Of a DNA stretch of 64,000 nucleotides, positions 41,695 through 52,921 are shown one piece after another. A program made the translations under genes and the position numbers. The notes beneath the pieces were generated by a model that saw nothing but the letters and a program-made list of their open reading frames with translations, was not told the DNA's origin and searched no databases. The stretch spans positions 26,042 through 90,041 of the forward strand of contig JAXMFE010000014.1 in assembly GCA_046347985.1 (NCBI GenBank), given 5' to 3'. Each line of letters starts with the position of its first letter. Position 1 is the stretch's first letter. This stretch comes from Burkholderiales bacterium. Its GTDB lineage: Bacteria > Pseudomonadota > Gammaproteobacteria > Burkholderiales > Ga0077523.

Positions 41695-41925
41695 GCGGAA
41701 AGTGTGCGACACCGCGCATGACATTGTCTCGTGGCGGGGCAAGATTCGCTCAAGAAACTTTCCCTGCCGCCGACAATTCGTGTTAGGTTCCGCGCTGCGG
41801 CATTTGTGACCAGTCCCCTCGCCGCGCCCTCTAGTCCTATTGACCCCACGTTGTCCCCCTCGACTGGCCGCCCGGCTCTCCGCCGGTGATATGGGTCGAC
41901 GCGTACTTCTCCCCATCGGAGTCTC

Positions 41926-43791
<1,866 letters not shown>

Positions 43792-43846
43792 GATTGAATC
43801 CCTGATGCGCTGATCGTCCCGGCTCGGGACGGCGGCGGGTCGAATC

Positions 43847-43878
43847 GCGGGCAGTCCGGTGCGAACCGGACTGCCCGC
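43847..43878. terminator. Strong hairpin between convergent rhlE and the hydroxylase gene
   Basis: gcgggcagtccggt-gcga-accggactgcccgc is a perfect 14-bp stem. The T-tract is weak (agtcatttc). Confidence 0.65.
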
Positions 43879-43937
43879 AGTCATTTCAGCGTCGCGTGGG
43901 CGCGAGGCCCGCGGTTCAGCGCGGACGGCTCGGCCGC

Positions 43938-44876
43938 TCAGCGATCGAGGCCTGCCGCGCTCGGCGTCAGATCGGGCACGGCGATATCGCCGGGGCGGGC
44001 GCCCAGGACTGCCGCTCGAGCACGCCGTTGCCGCAGCGGCTGCGTCAGCATCGACGGCAACCGGTTCTCCGACGGGTCCCGGAAATACTCGAGGCCGAGG
44101 TCCATGGCGCCATGGCCCTTCTCGGGTTGCGCCCGGTAGGTCCCGAACCAGCGGTCCCAGCAGGTGAGGATCACGCCGAAGTTGCTGTTGGTCTCGTGCT
44201 CGTCGGCGGAGTGATGGATGCGATGCACATCGGGCGTGACGATCACCGTGCGAAGCGCCGCATCCAGCCACCGGGGCAGATCGAGGTTGCCGTGGCGAAG
44301 TGCGTTGTGGATCAGTGTGAAGAACTGGAAGGCGAGCACCGACTCGACGGAAATGCCGAGGAGGAACACGACGCCGATCGCGATGAATCCGTCGATCACG
44401 TAGTCACCCGGGTGATGGCGCAGCCCGGTCGCGACATCCATGTCGACGTCCGAGTGATGCACGACGTGAAGCTGCCACAGGATCGGCAAGGCGTGATACG
44501 CGCGATGCTTCAGATAGCCCGTGAGGTCGATCAGGAGGAAGCCGAGCACGAAGTTGACGGGCCCCGGGAGCGGGACCGCATGGAGCAGCCCCCACTCGAT
44601 CTGCCCGGCTTCGATGGCCGCCACGAGCGCCGAGGCGGCCAGTGCTGCGCGGGCGACGTAGGTATCGATGATCCAGAGAACGGCGATGTGGAGCCAGCGC
44701 TGCCCGGTCGGCCGGGAAGGCTTGCGGCGCGGGGCAAGTGTCTCCAGCACCATCACGATGACGATGGGAACGTAGAAGGCCAGATTGACGAGGCGATCGA
44801 ATTCGGCAGGCATGGCTTTCGGCTCCGGCGTGGTCTTCGGCGGGCGCTGACCGGGAACTCCCGGCGCAGGCGCCAT
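43938..44876 (-). CDS. Sterol desaturase/fatty-acid hydroxylase superfamily membrane protein
   Basis: Histidine boxes HRAYH, HVVHHSD and HRIHHSADEHE, with a multi-TM N-terminal half. The start may be the internal MPAEFD (44813). Confidence 0.85.
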   Translation of the reverse strand: MAPAPGVPGQRPPKTTPEPKAMPAEFDRLVNLAFYVPIVIVMVLETLAPRRKPSRPTGQRWLHIAVLWIIDTYVARAALAASALVAAIEAGQIEWGLLHAVPLPGPVNFVLGFLLIDLTGYLKHRAYHALPILWQLHVVHHSDVDMDVATGLRHHPGDYVIDGFIAIGVVFLLGISVESVLAFQFFTLIHNALRHGNLDLPRWLDAALRTVIVTPDVHRIHHSADEHETNSNFGVILTCWDRWFGTYRAQPEKGHGAMDLGLEYFRDPSENRLPSMLTQPLRQRRARAAVLGARPGDIAVPDLTPSAAGLDR

Positions 44877-44885
44877 CGAATCACT

Positions 44886-45065
44886 TCACTTCCGGCGGTT
44901 GCGCCAGATGAGCACGCCCGCGGCGACGGCCACGGCGATCAACGTGATCGTGTCCGGTTCGGGAACGCGGATGGGGACATCCAGGGCGGAAGCGGGTGTG
45001 GACAGTGCGAGGCTCCACCAGCCGACGATCAGGGATGGGGTATGGGCAACGCTGCGCACGTTCAT
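44886..45065 (-). CDS. 59-aa PEP-CTERM mini-protein (signal peptide directly followed by the sorting signal)
   Basis: AGGAGA lies 7 nt before the ATG. MNVRSVAHTPSLIVGWWSLALSTPASA (signal-like), then LDVPIR, then VPEPDTITLIAVAVAAGVLIWRNRRK (PEP plus TM plus basic cluster). It ends 10 nt upstream of the hydroxylase start. Confidence 0.65.
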   Translation of the reverse strand: MNVRSVAHTPSLIVGWWSLALSTPASALDVPIRVPEPDTITLIAVAVAAGVLIWRNRRK

Positions 45066-45288
45066 GGACGGTCTCCTCGTTCTCGTATGAGTGGAAGTGC
45101 ACGGGCGATTGTCGGATTTCACTCGTTCCCGCCGATGATGCGTCACCGCGTTCCGGAGACGCAAGCGGAATGACGGCAAGTCGCGTGGCACACGCGCCGT
45201 GGGCCGGGCGGGATCGTCTGACGCGTCCGGAACCCTTCCTCCGAGGGTCGCGAAATCCCGTGCCGCAGCGAAGAGAGGAGATGCGGGT

Positions 45289-46332
45289 CTACCCATTTCG
45301 GATTCTTGCCACGAGCCCGGCCACGAACTCCTTCGTCGTCGCCTTGCCGCCGAGGTCGCCGGTGCGGGTCAGATCGGTGTTCAGCGTTCCGTCGATGGCG
45401 GTGCGCAGCCGAGCGGCGAGGTCCTGCCGGCCCACGTGATCGAGCATCATCCCGGCGGCGAGCATCAGCGCGATCGGGTTCGCGATGCCCTTGCCGGCGA
45501 TGTCGGGGGCGGACCCGTGCACGGCTTCGAAGATGGCGGCGTGCTCGCCGATGTTGCCGCCGGGCGCCATGCCCAGCCCGCCGACCAGCCCCGCGATCTC
45601 GTCGGAGAGGATGTCGCCGAACAGGTTCGTGGTGACGAGCATGTCGAACTGCCACGGATTCATCACCAGCTTCATCGCACAGGCGTCGACGATGACGTCG
45701 TTCATCTCGAACCGGCCCTTGTACTCCGCCTCGTACATCTGCCAGGCGGTCTCGAGGAAGATGCCGGTGAGCGCCTTCATGATGTTGGCCTTGTGCACGA
45801 CCGTCACCTTGCGGCGGCCCGTCCGGATCGCGTGCTCGAACGCGAAGCGCAGGATGTTGCGGGAGCCCTGGCGTGTGTTGACGCCGGTGGCGATGGCCAC
45901 GGCATGCGGATCGCCGTCGATGGGGATGTAGTGCTCGTACCCCATGTACAGCCCCTCGTTGTTCTCGCGCACGAGGACGAGGTCGATGTCCTCGAACCGG
46001 CCGCCCGGCACGAGCGTGCGCGCCGGGCGCAGATTCGCATAGAGTTTGAATTCCTCGCGCAGCCGCACGTTGGACGACCGATAGCCGCCGCCGACGGGCG
46101 TTTCCAGGGGGCCTTTCAGCGCGAGCTTCGTGCGGCGGATGCTGTCCAGCGTCGCAGCGGGCAGGGGATCGCCGGCCGCCTTCACGCCTCCCATTCCCGC
46201 GACCGCCGTCTCCCATTCGAACGGCGCGTCGAGGGCGTCGAGCGCCGCCAGCGTGGCGTCCATGATCTCGGGGCCGATGCCGTCGCCGGCGATGAGGGTG
46301 GCGGGCATGCGGGAAGCGGAAGTCGAAGTCAT
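45289..46332 (-). CDS. Isocitrate/isopropylmalate dehydrogenase family protein (NAD-IDH-like)
   Basis: ATLIAGDGIGPEI ... SSNVRLREEFKLYANLRP ... LVLVRENNEGLY ... NLFGDILSDE ... GSAPDIAGKGIANP. Confidence 0.88.
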   Translation of the reverse strand: MTSTSASRMPATLIAGDGIGPEIMDATLAALDALDAPFEWETAVAGMGGVKAAGDPLPAATLDSIRRTKLALKGPLETPVGGGYRSSNVRLREEFKLYANLRPARTLVPGGRFEDIDLVLVRENNEGLYMGYEHYIPIDGDPHAVAIATGVNTRQGSRNILRFAFEHAIRTGRRKVTVVHKANIMKALTGIFLETAWQMYEAEYKGRFEMNDVIVDACAMKLVMNPWQFDMLVTTNLFGDILSDEIAGLVGGLGMAPGGNIGEHAAIFEAVHGSAPDIAGKGIANPIALMLAAGMMLDHVGRQDLAARLRTAIDGTLNTDLTRTGDLGGKATTKEFVAGLVARIRNG

Positions 46333-46562
46333 CGGAAAGTCCTGTGGGGTCGGCGGTGCGGCGGGGAATCGCCATGCCGGATGCAAGGGACGCGCCCGCG
46401 GGTCGGGATGCCGAGGGTCCGGTGTGGGGCCATGGCAGGTCGCGGCAGGTCGAGCATGCACGAACGCGGGGCGACGGACTTGATCTGAGGCAGGGTCGCG
46501 ACGGTTCCGCGTGGGTCACAATGCGCGGGCCGAACCGCCCGTGCCTGCCCGCCGCCCCGCCG

Positions 46563-48152
46563 ATGACGCCGCTGTCCCAACTCGTCGATGCCCTTCGCGA
46601 TCCGTCGCGCTACCCGCACGCCGTCGGTTCGGTGGCGGTGATCGAGACCCACATCTCGGTCGTGCTGCTGGCGGGCGACTACGCCTACAAGTTCAAGAAG
46701 CCCGTCGACTTCGGCTTCCTCGACTTCCGTTCCCTCGAGGCGCGGCGGCACTACTGCGAGGAGGAACTGCGACTCAATCGGCGGACCGCGCCGGATCTCT
46801 ATCTGTCGGTCGTCACCGTGACGGGGACGGCTGCGGATCCCGTGCTCGACGGGTCCGGCGACCCCATCGAATTCGCCGTGAAGATGCGCCGGTTCGAAGA
46901 CGACGCACTGCTCGACCGGATGGCGAAGCGCGGGAGCTTGCGGGCGGACCAGGTCGACGCAGTCGCGGCCATGATCGCCGACTTCCACGAACGCATCGAA
47001 CGGGCGACGGCGGATTCACCGCATGGCCTGCCGGCGGACGCACTGGCGGCGGCGGAGCAGAACGTCGCGCAGATGCTTCCGCTGGCCGGCAGCGACGCCC
47101 TGCGGCAGCGGCTGGACCGCCTCGGCCGGTGGACTCGCGAGGCGTTCGCGCGGGTCGCCGGCGTCATGCAGGAACGCCGCAACAAGGGCTTCGTGCGCGA
47201 GTGTCACGGCGATCTGCATCTCGGCAACATCGCGTGGATCGACGGTGCGCCGGTCGCGTTCGACGGCATCGAGTTCAATGCCGGCCTGCGCTGGATCGAC
47301 GTGATGAGCGAGGTCGCCTTCGTCGTCATGGATCTCGCCGGGCATGGGCAGACGAGCCTGGCCTGGCGCTGCCTCGACCGGTATCTGGAGCATTCCGGCG
47401 ACCACGGCGGCATGCGCGTGCTGCGTTTCCACCTCGTGTACCGGGCCATGGTGCGCGCGAAGATCGCCGCGCTCCGCGGTCATCAGGCGGACGTCGACAC
47501 CGCGGAGCGCGACCGGCAGGCCCGCGCGATGGAGGTCCATCTGTCCCTGGCGGAGCGGCTGTCGGTCCCGGCGCGCCCCGCGATTCTCATCACCCATGGC
47601 CTGTCGGGGTCGGGCAAGTCCACGGTGGCGGCCGCCCTGGTCGCGGCCGGCGCCGGCATCCGGGTGCGGTCCGACGTCGAGCGCAAGCGGCTGTACGGCG
47701 CCGGACCGGCAGGCTCGCGGCCGGCGGTCGATCCCGCGATCCTCTACGGCGCCGAAGCGACCCGGCGGACGTACGCGCACCTGTTGTCGGTGGCGCGCGC
47801 GGTGGCGCCGTCGGGCTGGCCGGTCATCGTGGACGCCGCATTCCTCCGACGCGACGAGCGCCGGGCATTCCGCGCGCTGGCGGCGGACCTGGGCGCGGCC
47901 TTCGCGATCCTGTCCTGCACTGCGCCCGAGGCCGTGCTGCGGACCCGCGTGCGCCAACGCGCCCGTGCCGGCCGGGACCCTTCCGATGCCGACGAGGCCG
48001 TGCTCTCACGCCAGCTGCAGTGGGTCGAGCCGCTCGCCTATGACGAAACCGAGATGGCAATTCCCGTGGATACCACGGAAGATGCCGCGGGCCTGGCAGC
48101 CCGGATCGAGGCCGTGGCGGCGCGGTTCCGGCCCGCCGGCGCGCGCGAATGA
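46563..48152 (+). CDS. Bifunctional aminoglycoside-phosphotransferase-like kinase/P-loop ATP-binding protein
   Basis: IETHISVVLLAGDYAYKFKKPV ... CHGDLHLGNI (APH/kinase catalytic loop), plus a C-terminal ITHGLSGSGKST (P-loop). Confidence 0.8.
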   Translation: MTPLSQLVDALRDPSRYPHAVGSVAVIETHISVVLLAGDYAYKFKKPVDFGFLDFRSLEARRHYCEEELRLNRRTAPDLYLSVVTVTGTAADPVLDGSGDPIEFAVKMRRFEDDALLDRMAKRGSLRADQVDAVAAMIADFHERIERATADSPHGLPADALAAAEQNVAQMLPLAGSDALRQRLDRLGRWTREAFARVAGVMQERRNKGFVRECHGDLHLGNIAWIDGAPVAFDGIEFNAGLRWIDVMSEVAFVVMDLAGHGQTSLAWRCLDRYLEHSGDHGGMRVLRFHLVYRAMVRAKIAALRGHQADVDTAERDRQARAMEVHLSLAERLSVPARPAILITHGLSGSGKSTVAAALVAAGAGIRVRSDVERKRLYGAGPAGSRPAVDPAILYGAEATRRTYAHLLSVARAVAPSGWPVIVDAAFLRRDERRAFRALAADLGAAFAILSCTAPEAVLRTRVRQRARAGRDPSDADEAVLSRQLQWVEPLAYDETEMAIPVDTTEDAAGLAARIEAVAARFRPAGARE

Positions 48153-48250
48153 GCCGTCGGCGTTGGCATCGGATGTGCTCCAATGCCCGCGCCGAGGCAG
48201 GCGACGATCTGCCGCCCACCTTCCGAACCACCCGCGACGAGGACCTCTGA

Positions 48251-49036
48251 ATGACCACACAACAGCTCTTCTACGAAAACGCCGTCCCCATCTCGCATCA
48301 ACGGCACGGAGGATGGTCCGTCGAGGTCGGGGCCGATTTCGGTTTCAGCCGGCACGTCAACTCGCTCCCGGTCATGGCCGTGGAGTTCCCGTTTGCTTCG
48401 ACCGAGTACGCCATCGTCTTCGCCGGCAGCGATCAGGCCGTGATGCCGGCGGCCATCGTCGGGGTCCGGAACAACGAGAACCTGTTCGTGGACGACGCCG
48501 GCGCCTGGACGGCCAGGTACGTGCCGGCCTTCGCCCGCCGCTATCCGTTCATCTTCGCATCCAGCCAGGACGGTCAGACCTTCACCCTCTGCATCGACGA
48601 GGCCTTTCCGGGTGTGAACCAGGCCGGACGCGGGGCGGCACTGTTCGACCCCGAAGGCAAGCCGACCGAGTACGTGCAGAATGTCCTCAAGTTCCTGCAG
48701 GAGTACCAGGCCCAGTTTCAGCGGACCCAGCAGTTCTGCAAGAAGCTCCGCGACCACAACCTGCTGGAGCCCATGCAGGCCCAGATCACGACGGCCAAGG
48801 GCGAGAAGATGTCGCTGTCCGGCTTCATGACCATCAGCCGGGATCGCCTCAAGACGCTCACGGGCGAGGCCCTGGCCGACCTGGCCAAGACGGACGAACT
48901 GGAGCTGATCTACCTGCACCTGCACTCGATGCGCAACTTCCAGAGCATGATCGAGCGGCTCGAGAAGGCGCCGGTCGTGTCGGTCGACACCTCGGTGAAG
49001 GACCCGCTCCCGGCGGGCACCGGCACCGTCAACTAG
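48251..49036 (+). CDS. SapC family protein
   Basis: LFYENAVPISHQRH ... LPVMAVEFPFASTEYAIVF ... YVPAFARRYPFIF. Confidence 0.8.
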   Translation: MTTQQLFYENAVPISHQRHGGWSVEVGADFGFSRHVNSLPVMAVEFPFASTEYAIVFAGSDQAVMPAAIVGVRNNENLFVDDAGAWTARYVPAFARRYPFIFASSQDGQTFTLCIDEAFPGVNQAGRGAALFDPEGKPTEYVQNVLKFLQEYQAQFQRTQQFCKKLRDHNLLEPMQAQITTAKGEKMSLSGFMTISRDRLKTLTGEALADLAKTDELELIYLHLHSMRNFQSMIERLEKAPVVSVDTSVKDPLPAGTGTVN

Positions 49037-49047
49037 GCAGTGACCCC

Positions 49048-49070
49048 GGCGGAGGCGCTGCGCCTCCGCC
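49048..49070. terminator. Hairpin between convergent sapC and the SDR gene
   Basis: ggcggaggcg-ctg-cgcctccgcc is a perfect 10-bp GC-rich stem. There is no clear U-tract. Confidence 0.5.
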
Positions 49071-49085
49071 GTTCGCCGGGCGGCG

Positions 49086-49835
49086 TCAGACCGCCAGGTA
49101 ACCCCCGTCCACCACCAGTTCCGTCCCGGTGATGTACGAGGCCTCGTCCGAGGCCAGGAACAGCACCGCGGTCGCCACTTCCTCCGCCCGTCCGGCCCGG
49201 CCCAGCGGCACATTCTCCAGCGCCTTCTGCCGCACCGACGGATCGGCACTCAGCACCGAGGTCAGCATCGGCGGCATGATGCCCGGGTGCACCGAGTTGA
49301 CGCGGATGCCGTCCTTCCCGAATTGCACGGCAGCCGATTTCGTGAGGACGTGGATGCCGGCCTTGGCCGCGTTGTAGCCCATGTGCACGAACGTCTGTCC
49401 GACGAGTCCGGAGATCGAGGACACGTTCACGATGGACCCGCCCCCGGACTTCTGCATCGCGAGCACGCCGTGCTTCACGCCGAGGAAGGTGCCGCGGGCG
49501 TTCACGGCCATCAGGCGGTCGAAGTGCTCGGTGGACAGCCGGTCCGGCATGGAGCCGCTGATCCCGGCATTGTTGACGAGGATGTCGAGCCGCCCCAGCC
49601 GCCGCACGGTCTCCGCCACGAGCGCTTCCCATTCCGCTTCCCGGGTCACGTCGAGGTGGCGATAGCTCGCCTTTCCGCCGCTCGCGGTGATCGAGGCCGC
49701 GACCGCCTCGCCTTCCGGGTCGAGGAGATCGGCGATCACCACGGTGGCCCCCTCCCCGGCGAACAGGCGGGCCGTGCTTTCTCCCATGCCGTGAGCGGCG
49801 CCGGTGACGATCGCTGTCTTGCCCTGGAGTCTCAT
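49086..49835 (-). CDS. SDR family oxidoreductase
   Basis: GKTAIVTGAAHGMG (TGxxxGxG), NNAG, and the YNAAK catalytic Y-x-x-x-K. Confidence 0.9.
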   Translation of the reverse strand: MRLQGKTAIVTGAAHGMGESTARLFAGEGATVVIADLLDPEGEAVAASITASGGKASYRHLDVTREAEWEALVAETVRRLGRLDILVNNAGISGSMPDRLSTEHFDRLMAVNARGTFLGVKHGVLAMQKSGGGSIVNVSSISGLVGQTFVHMGYNAAKAGIHVLTKSAAVQFGKDGIRVNSVHPGIMPPMLTSVLSADPSVRQKALENVPLGRAGRAEEVATAVLFLASDEASYITGTELVVDGGYLAV

Positions 49836-49844
49836 GGCCGCCCC

Positions 49845-50237
49845 TCAGGTCCTGGCCGGGAGGCGTGTGGCCTGCCACGAGACGAACTGCGGCCCGCCGG
49901 AACGCTGCGCCCACAGCGCATGGAACAGCAGGTCGAGCGACAAGTCCTGCCCGCCTGCGGTGACCTCGAAGGCAGTGCGGCCCGAGAGGACGGCCAGTGC
50001 GCCGTAGCACCGGACGGTGACATCGCCCAGCGTCATCCGGCGATAGCGCACCGCGCCCGAGCGCAGCGACCCGAGATAGCTCGCCTTGGTGTCGCAGTTC
50101 GTGCTGGAGTGGATGTAGACGAGGTCGTCACCCAGCATGCGTTCGAGCGCCGCGAAGTCGTTGGCCTCCTGCGCGCGATACCGTGCGGCTTCGGCCGCCA
50201 GGGCCTCGTCCACCGAGATCGTCCCGGTGCACGGCAT
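49845..50237 (-). CDS. NTF2-like (DUF4440/SnoaL-like) protein
   Basis: About 130 aa: AAEAARYRAQEANDFAALERMLGDDLVYIHSS ... The start is uncertain; in-frame alternatives run up to 50390. Confidence 0.6.
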   Translation of the reverse strand: MPCTGTISVDEALAAEAARYRAQEANDFAALERMLGDDLVYIHSSTNCDTKASYLGSLRSGAVRYRRMTLGDVTVRCYGALAVLSGRTAFEVTAGGQDLSLDLLFHALWAQRSGGPQFVSWQATRLPART

Positions 50238-50386
50238 CGCGCCGCTGCCGGCTTCCACGATGCCCGGATGCAGCCACCGCCACATCGCCCGAATCCCGTC
50301 GATTCTCATCCTCGCTCCTCCCCAAGGTCGGCCCGGCCGTCGTGGCCGGACGCACCGCCCGACTATGCGAAACGCGACGGGCAGCG

Positions 50387-52420
50387 TCAATCGCGGCGAA
50401 CGTCCTGCGCCGCGGCGGCCGCGCGTCGCTGACCGAAGGCCACGAACCAGTCGATCGACGCCGGATTCGCCATCGAGTCGCGATTGACCGATGTCTCCAC
50501 CGGGTGTCCCAGCAGGATCTTCTTCACCGGCACTTCGAGCTTCTTGCCCGAGATCGTGCGCGGCACCTCGGGAATCGCGAACACGTCGTTGGGGACGTGC
50601 CGCGCCGAGAGCTTCGTGCGGATCGCATCGAGCAATGCCTTCTTGAGGGACTCCGGGACGACGTCCGAACGATCGCGCAGCACGACGAACAGCGCCATGA
50701 AGGACTCCCGCCCCAGGTACTCGAGGTCGATCACGAGCGAATCGGCGACCGCCGGGAATTCCTCGACGACGCGGTACAGTTCGCTTGTCCCCATGCGGAT
50801 GCCGTGGCGGTTGATCGTCGAATCCGACCGGCCGTAGATCACCGAGGTCACCGATTCCGGTCGCGGGATCAGCTTGAGCCAGTCGCCGTGCCGCCAGACG
50901 CCCGGATAGACGTCGAAATAGCTCTCGAAATAGCGCTTGCCGTCGGTGTCGCCCCAGAAGTACAGCGGCAGCGAGGGCAGGGGCAGTGCGCAGACGAGTT
51001 CGCCCACCTGGTCGAGCACCGGGTTCCCCGCATCGTCATAGGCGTAGGTCGCCGTGCCCAGCGGACGGCACTGCATCTCGCCCGCATAGATCGGCAGGAT
51101 CGGGCACGCGCCGACGAAGGCTGCGCCCGGATCGGTACCGCCGGAGATCGAGGCGAGGAGCACATCGCCGTTCACGTGCTCGTAGACCCAGCGGTACTGC
51201 TCCTCCGTCAGCGGCGAGCCGGTGCTCCCGAGCGAGCGGATCGACGAGAGATCGAACTGCTTCGCCGGGTCCGATCCCGCCTTCATGTTCAGGCCGAGGA
51301 AAGCCGGACTGGTGCCGAAGAAGGTGATCCGCTCCGTCTCGGCGAGCCGCCAGAGCGTGGTCAGGTCGGGATGCCCGGGATTGCCGTCGAACTGCACGAT
51401 CGTGCAGCCCAGCTGCAGCGTCGAGACCAGCAGGTTCCACATGATCCAGCTCGTCGACGAGAACCAGAAGAAGCGGTCGCGTTCGTCGACGTCGAGATGC
51501 AGGCCGATGCCCTTGAAGTTCTCCATCACCGTGCCGCCGTGGCCGTGGACGATGGGCTTGGGCATGCCGGTGGTCCCGGACGAGTAGACGATCCAGAGCG
51601 GATGGTCGAAGGCCACCGGCACGAAGCGCGGGGTGGCGGGTCGGGCCAGCACGTCGCCGATCCGGACGACCGTCACGCTGCGGTCCGCAGGCAACGCCGG
51701 CAGGTCGAAGTCCGCCTCGGCGTCGAGGTAGGGCACGAAGATCACCGCTTCGAGCGTCGGCAGCTGAGCGACCAGTTCACGGACCACGTCGCGCCGGTCG
51801 ATGGCCTTGCCGTTGTAGCGGTAACCGTCCACGGCGAACAGCGCGCGCGGACCGATCTGCCGGAATCGGTCGAGCACGCTCACGGGCCCCATGTCCGGCG
51901 AACAGCTCGACCACACGGCGCCGAGGCTCGCGGTGGCGAGCACGGCCATGACGCTCTCGGGGATGTTGGGCATGTAGGACACGACCCGGTCGCCGGGACG
52001 GATGCCCAGGTCGGAGAGCGCCTGCGTGATCGCGCCCACGCTGCGCGCCAGTCCGGCCCACGGGATCTCGCGTCGGGGCTGCGTTTCGGAGACGAAGACG
52101 ATCGCGGGGCGGGATTCGGCGTCCGCCCGCTGCGACATCGACAGCAGATGCTCCGCATAGTTGAGCGTCGCGCCCTCGAACCATTTCGCACCGGGCATCA
52201 CGCGGCGATCGAGCACCTGCCGGTACGGGGAGTGGAAGCGGACGGCGAAGTGCTCGCGGATCGTGTCCCAGAAGTCCTCGAGGTGATCGACGGACCACTG
52301 CCAGAACGATTCGTAGTCGGGGAACGTCAACCCGCGGTGCTCGGCGAGCCATGCGCGGTAGCGAGTGAAGCGCGAGCGTGCGATGCGCTCCGGGGACGGT
52401 GTCCAGAGAGGGGAAGTCAC
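50387..52420 (-). CDS. Acetoacetate-CoA ligase (acetoacetyl-CoA synthetase)
   Basis: LWTPSPERIARSRFTRYRAWL ... WFEGATLNYAEHLL ... YSSGTTGMPKPIVH (AMP-binding) ... SGKKLEVPVKK. 677 aa. Confidence 0.88.
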   Translation of the reverse strand: MTSPLWTPSPERIARSRFTRYRAWLAEHRGLTFPDYESFWQWSVDHLEDFWDTIREHFAVRFHSPYRQVLDRRVMPGAKWFEGATLNYAEHLLSMSQRADAESRPAIVFVSETQPRREIPWAGLARSVGAITQALSDLGIRPGDRVVSYMPNIPESVMAVLATASLGAVWSSCSPDMGPVSVLDRFRQIGPRALFAVDGYRYNGKAIDRRDVVRELVAQLPTLEAVIFVPYLDAEADFDLPALPADRSVTVVRIGDVLARPATPRFVPVAFDHPLWIVYSSGTTGMPKPIVHGHGGTVMENFKGIGLHLDVDERDRFFWFSSTSWIMWNLLVSTLQLGCTIVQFDGNPGHPDLTTLWRLAETERITFFGTSPAFLGLNMKAGSDPAKQFDLSSIRSLGSTGSPLTEEQYRWVYEHVNGDVLLASISGGTDPGAAFVGACPILPIYAGEMQCRPLGTATYAYDDAGNPVLDQVGELVCALPLPSLPLYFWGDTDGKRYFESYFDVYPGVWRHGDWLKLIPRPESVTSVIYGRSDSTINRHGIRMGTSELYRVVEEFPAVADSLVIDLEYLGRESFMALFVVLRDRSDVVPESLKKALLDAIRTKLSARHVPNDVFAIPEVPRTISGKKLEVPVKKILLGHPVETSVNRDSMANPASIDWFVAFGQRRAAAAAQDVRRD

Positions 52421-52569
52421 GGTACGTCGAAGCCGGTCGATGGAAGTGTGCGGATCTTACGGGGTCGGTACGGGGCTGCGCCATGCGCGTGTCCGTGTTG
52501 AGCGGATGCGGCGCCGCCAGTACGATCGACACCCGGTCCCGTTGCCGGACCTTCACCCAGGAGCGCCCC

Positions 52570-52872
52570 ATGATCGTCACCGTGTTTCGTTCCCGCTTGA
52601 GTTCCGACCCGGCCGCGCAGGAGGAGTACGCGCGGTGGGCCGGCCGCATCGGGGAGCTGGCCCGGTCGATGCCCGGCTACGTGTCGCACAAGGGCTTCAC
52701 GGCCCCGGACGGCGAACGCGTCACGATCGTCGAATTCGAGAACGAGGAGGCCCTGCGAGCCTGGTCGGCCCATCCCGATCACGTCGCGGCGAAGCAGAAG
52801 GGGCGCAGCGCCTTCTACACCGAGTACAGGATCCAGGTCTGCACGGTGCTGCGCGAGCGCTCCTTCCCGTGA
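52570..52872 (+). CDS. Antibiotic-biosynthesis-monooxygenase (ABM/Dabb) domain protein
   Basis: MIVTVFRSRL ... ARSMPGYVSHKGFTAPDGERVTIVEFENEEALRAWSAHPDHVAAKQKG. Confidence 0.8.
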   Translation: MIVTVFRSRLSSDPAAQEEYARWAGRIGELARSMPGYVSHKGFTAPDGERVTIVEFENEEALRAWSAHPDHVAAKQKGRSAFYTEYRIQVCTVLRERSFP

Positions 52873-52921
52873 CGGCAGCGCCGCCGTCATTCCCGTCCTT
52901 GCCCTGGAGATCGGTTGCGCC

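Noticed and set aside
39310-41721. 803-aa plus-strand ORF opposite mgtA
   Set aside because: It is an antisense shadow of the P-type ATPase gene.
41695-41925. Possible Mg2+ riboswitch/leader upstream of mgtA
   Set aside because: I could not identify M-box or mgtL-like features by eye. It is left as an untested possibility, not a feature.
50183-52501. 772-aa ORF antisense to acetoacetyl-CoA synthetase
   Set aside because: It is a shadow ORF. The minus strand carries the AMP-binding signature.
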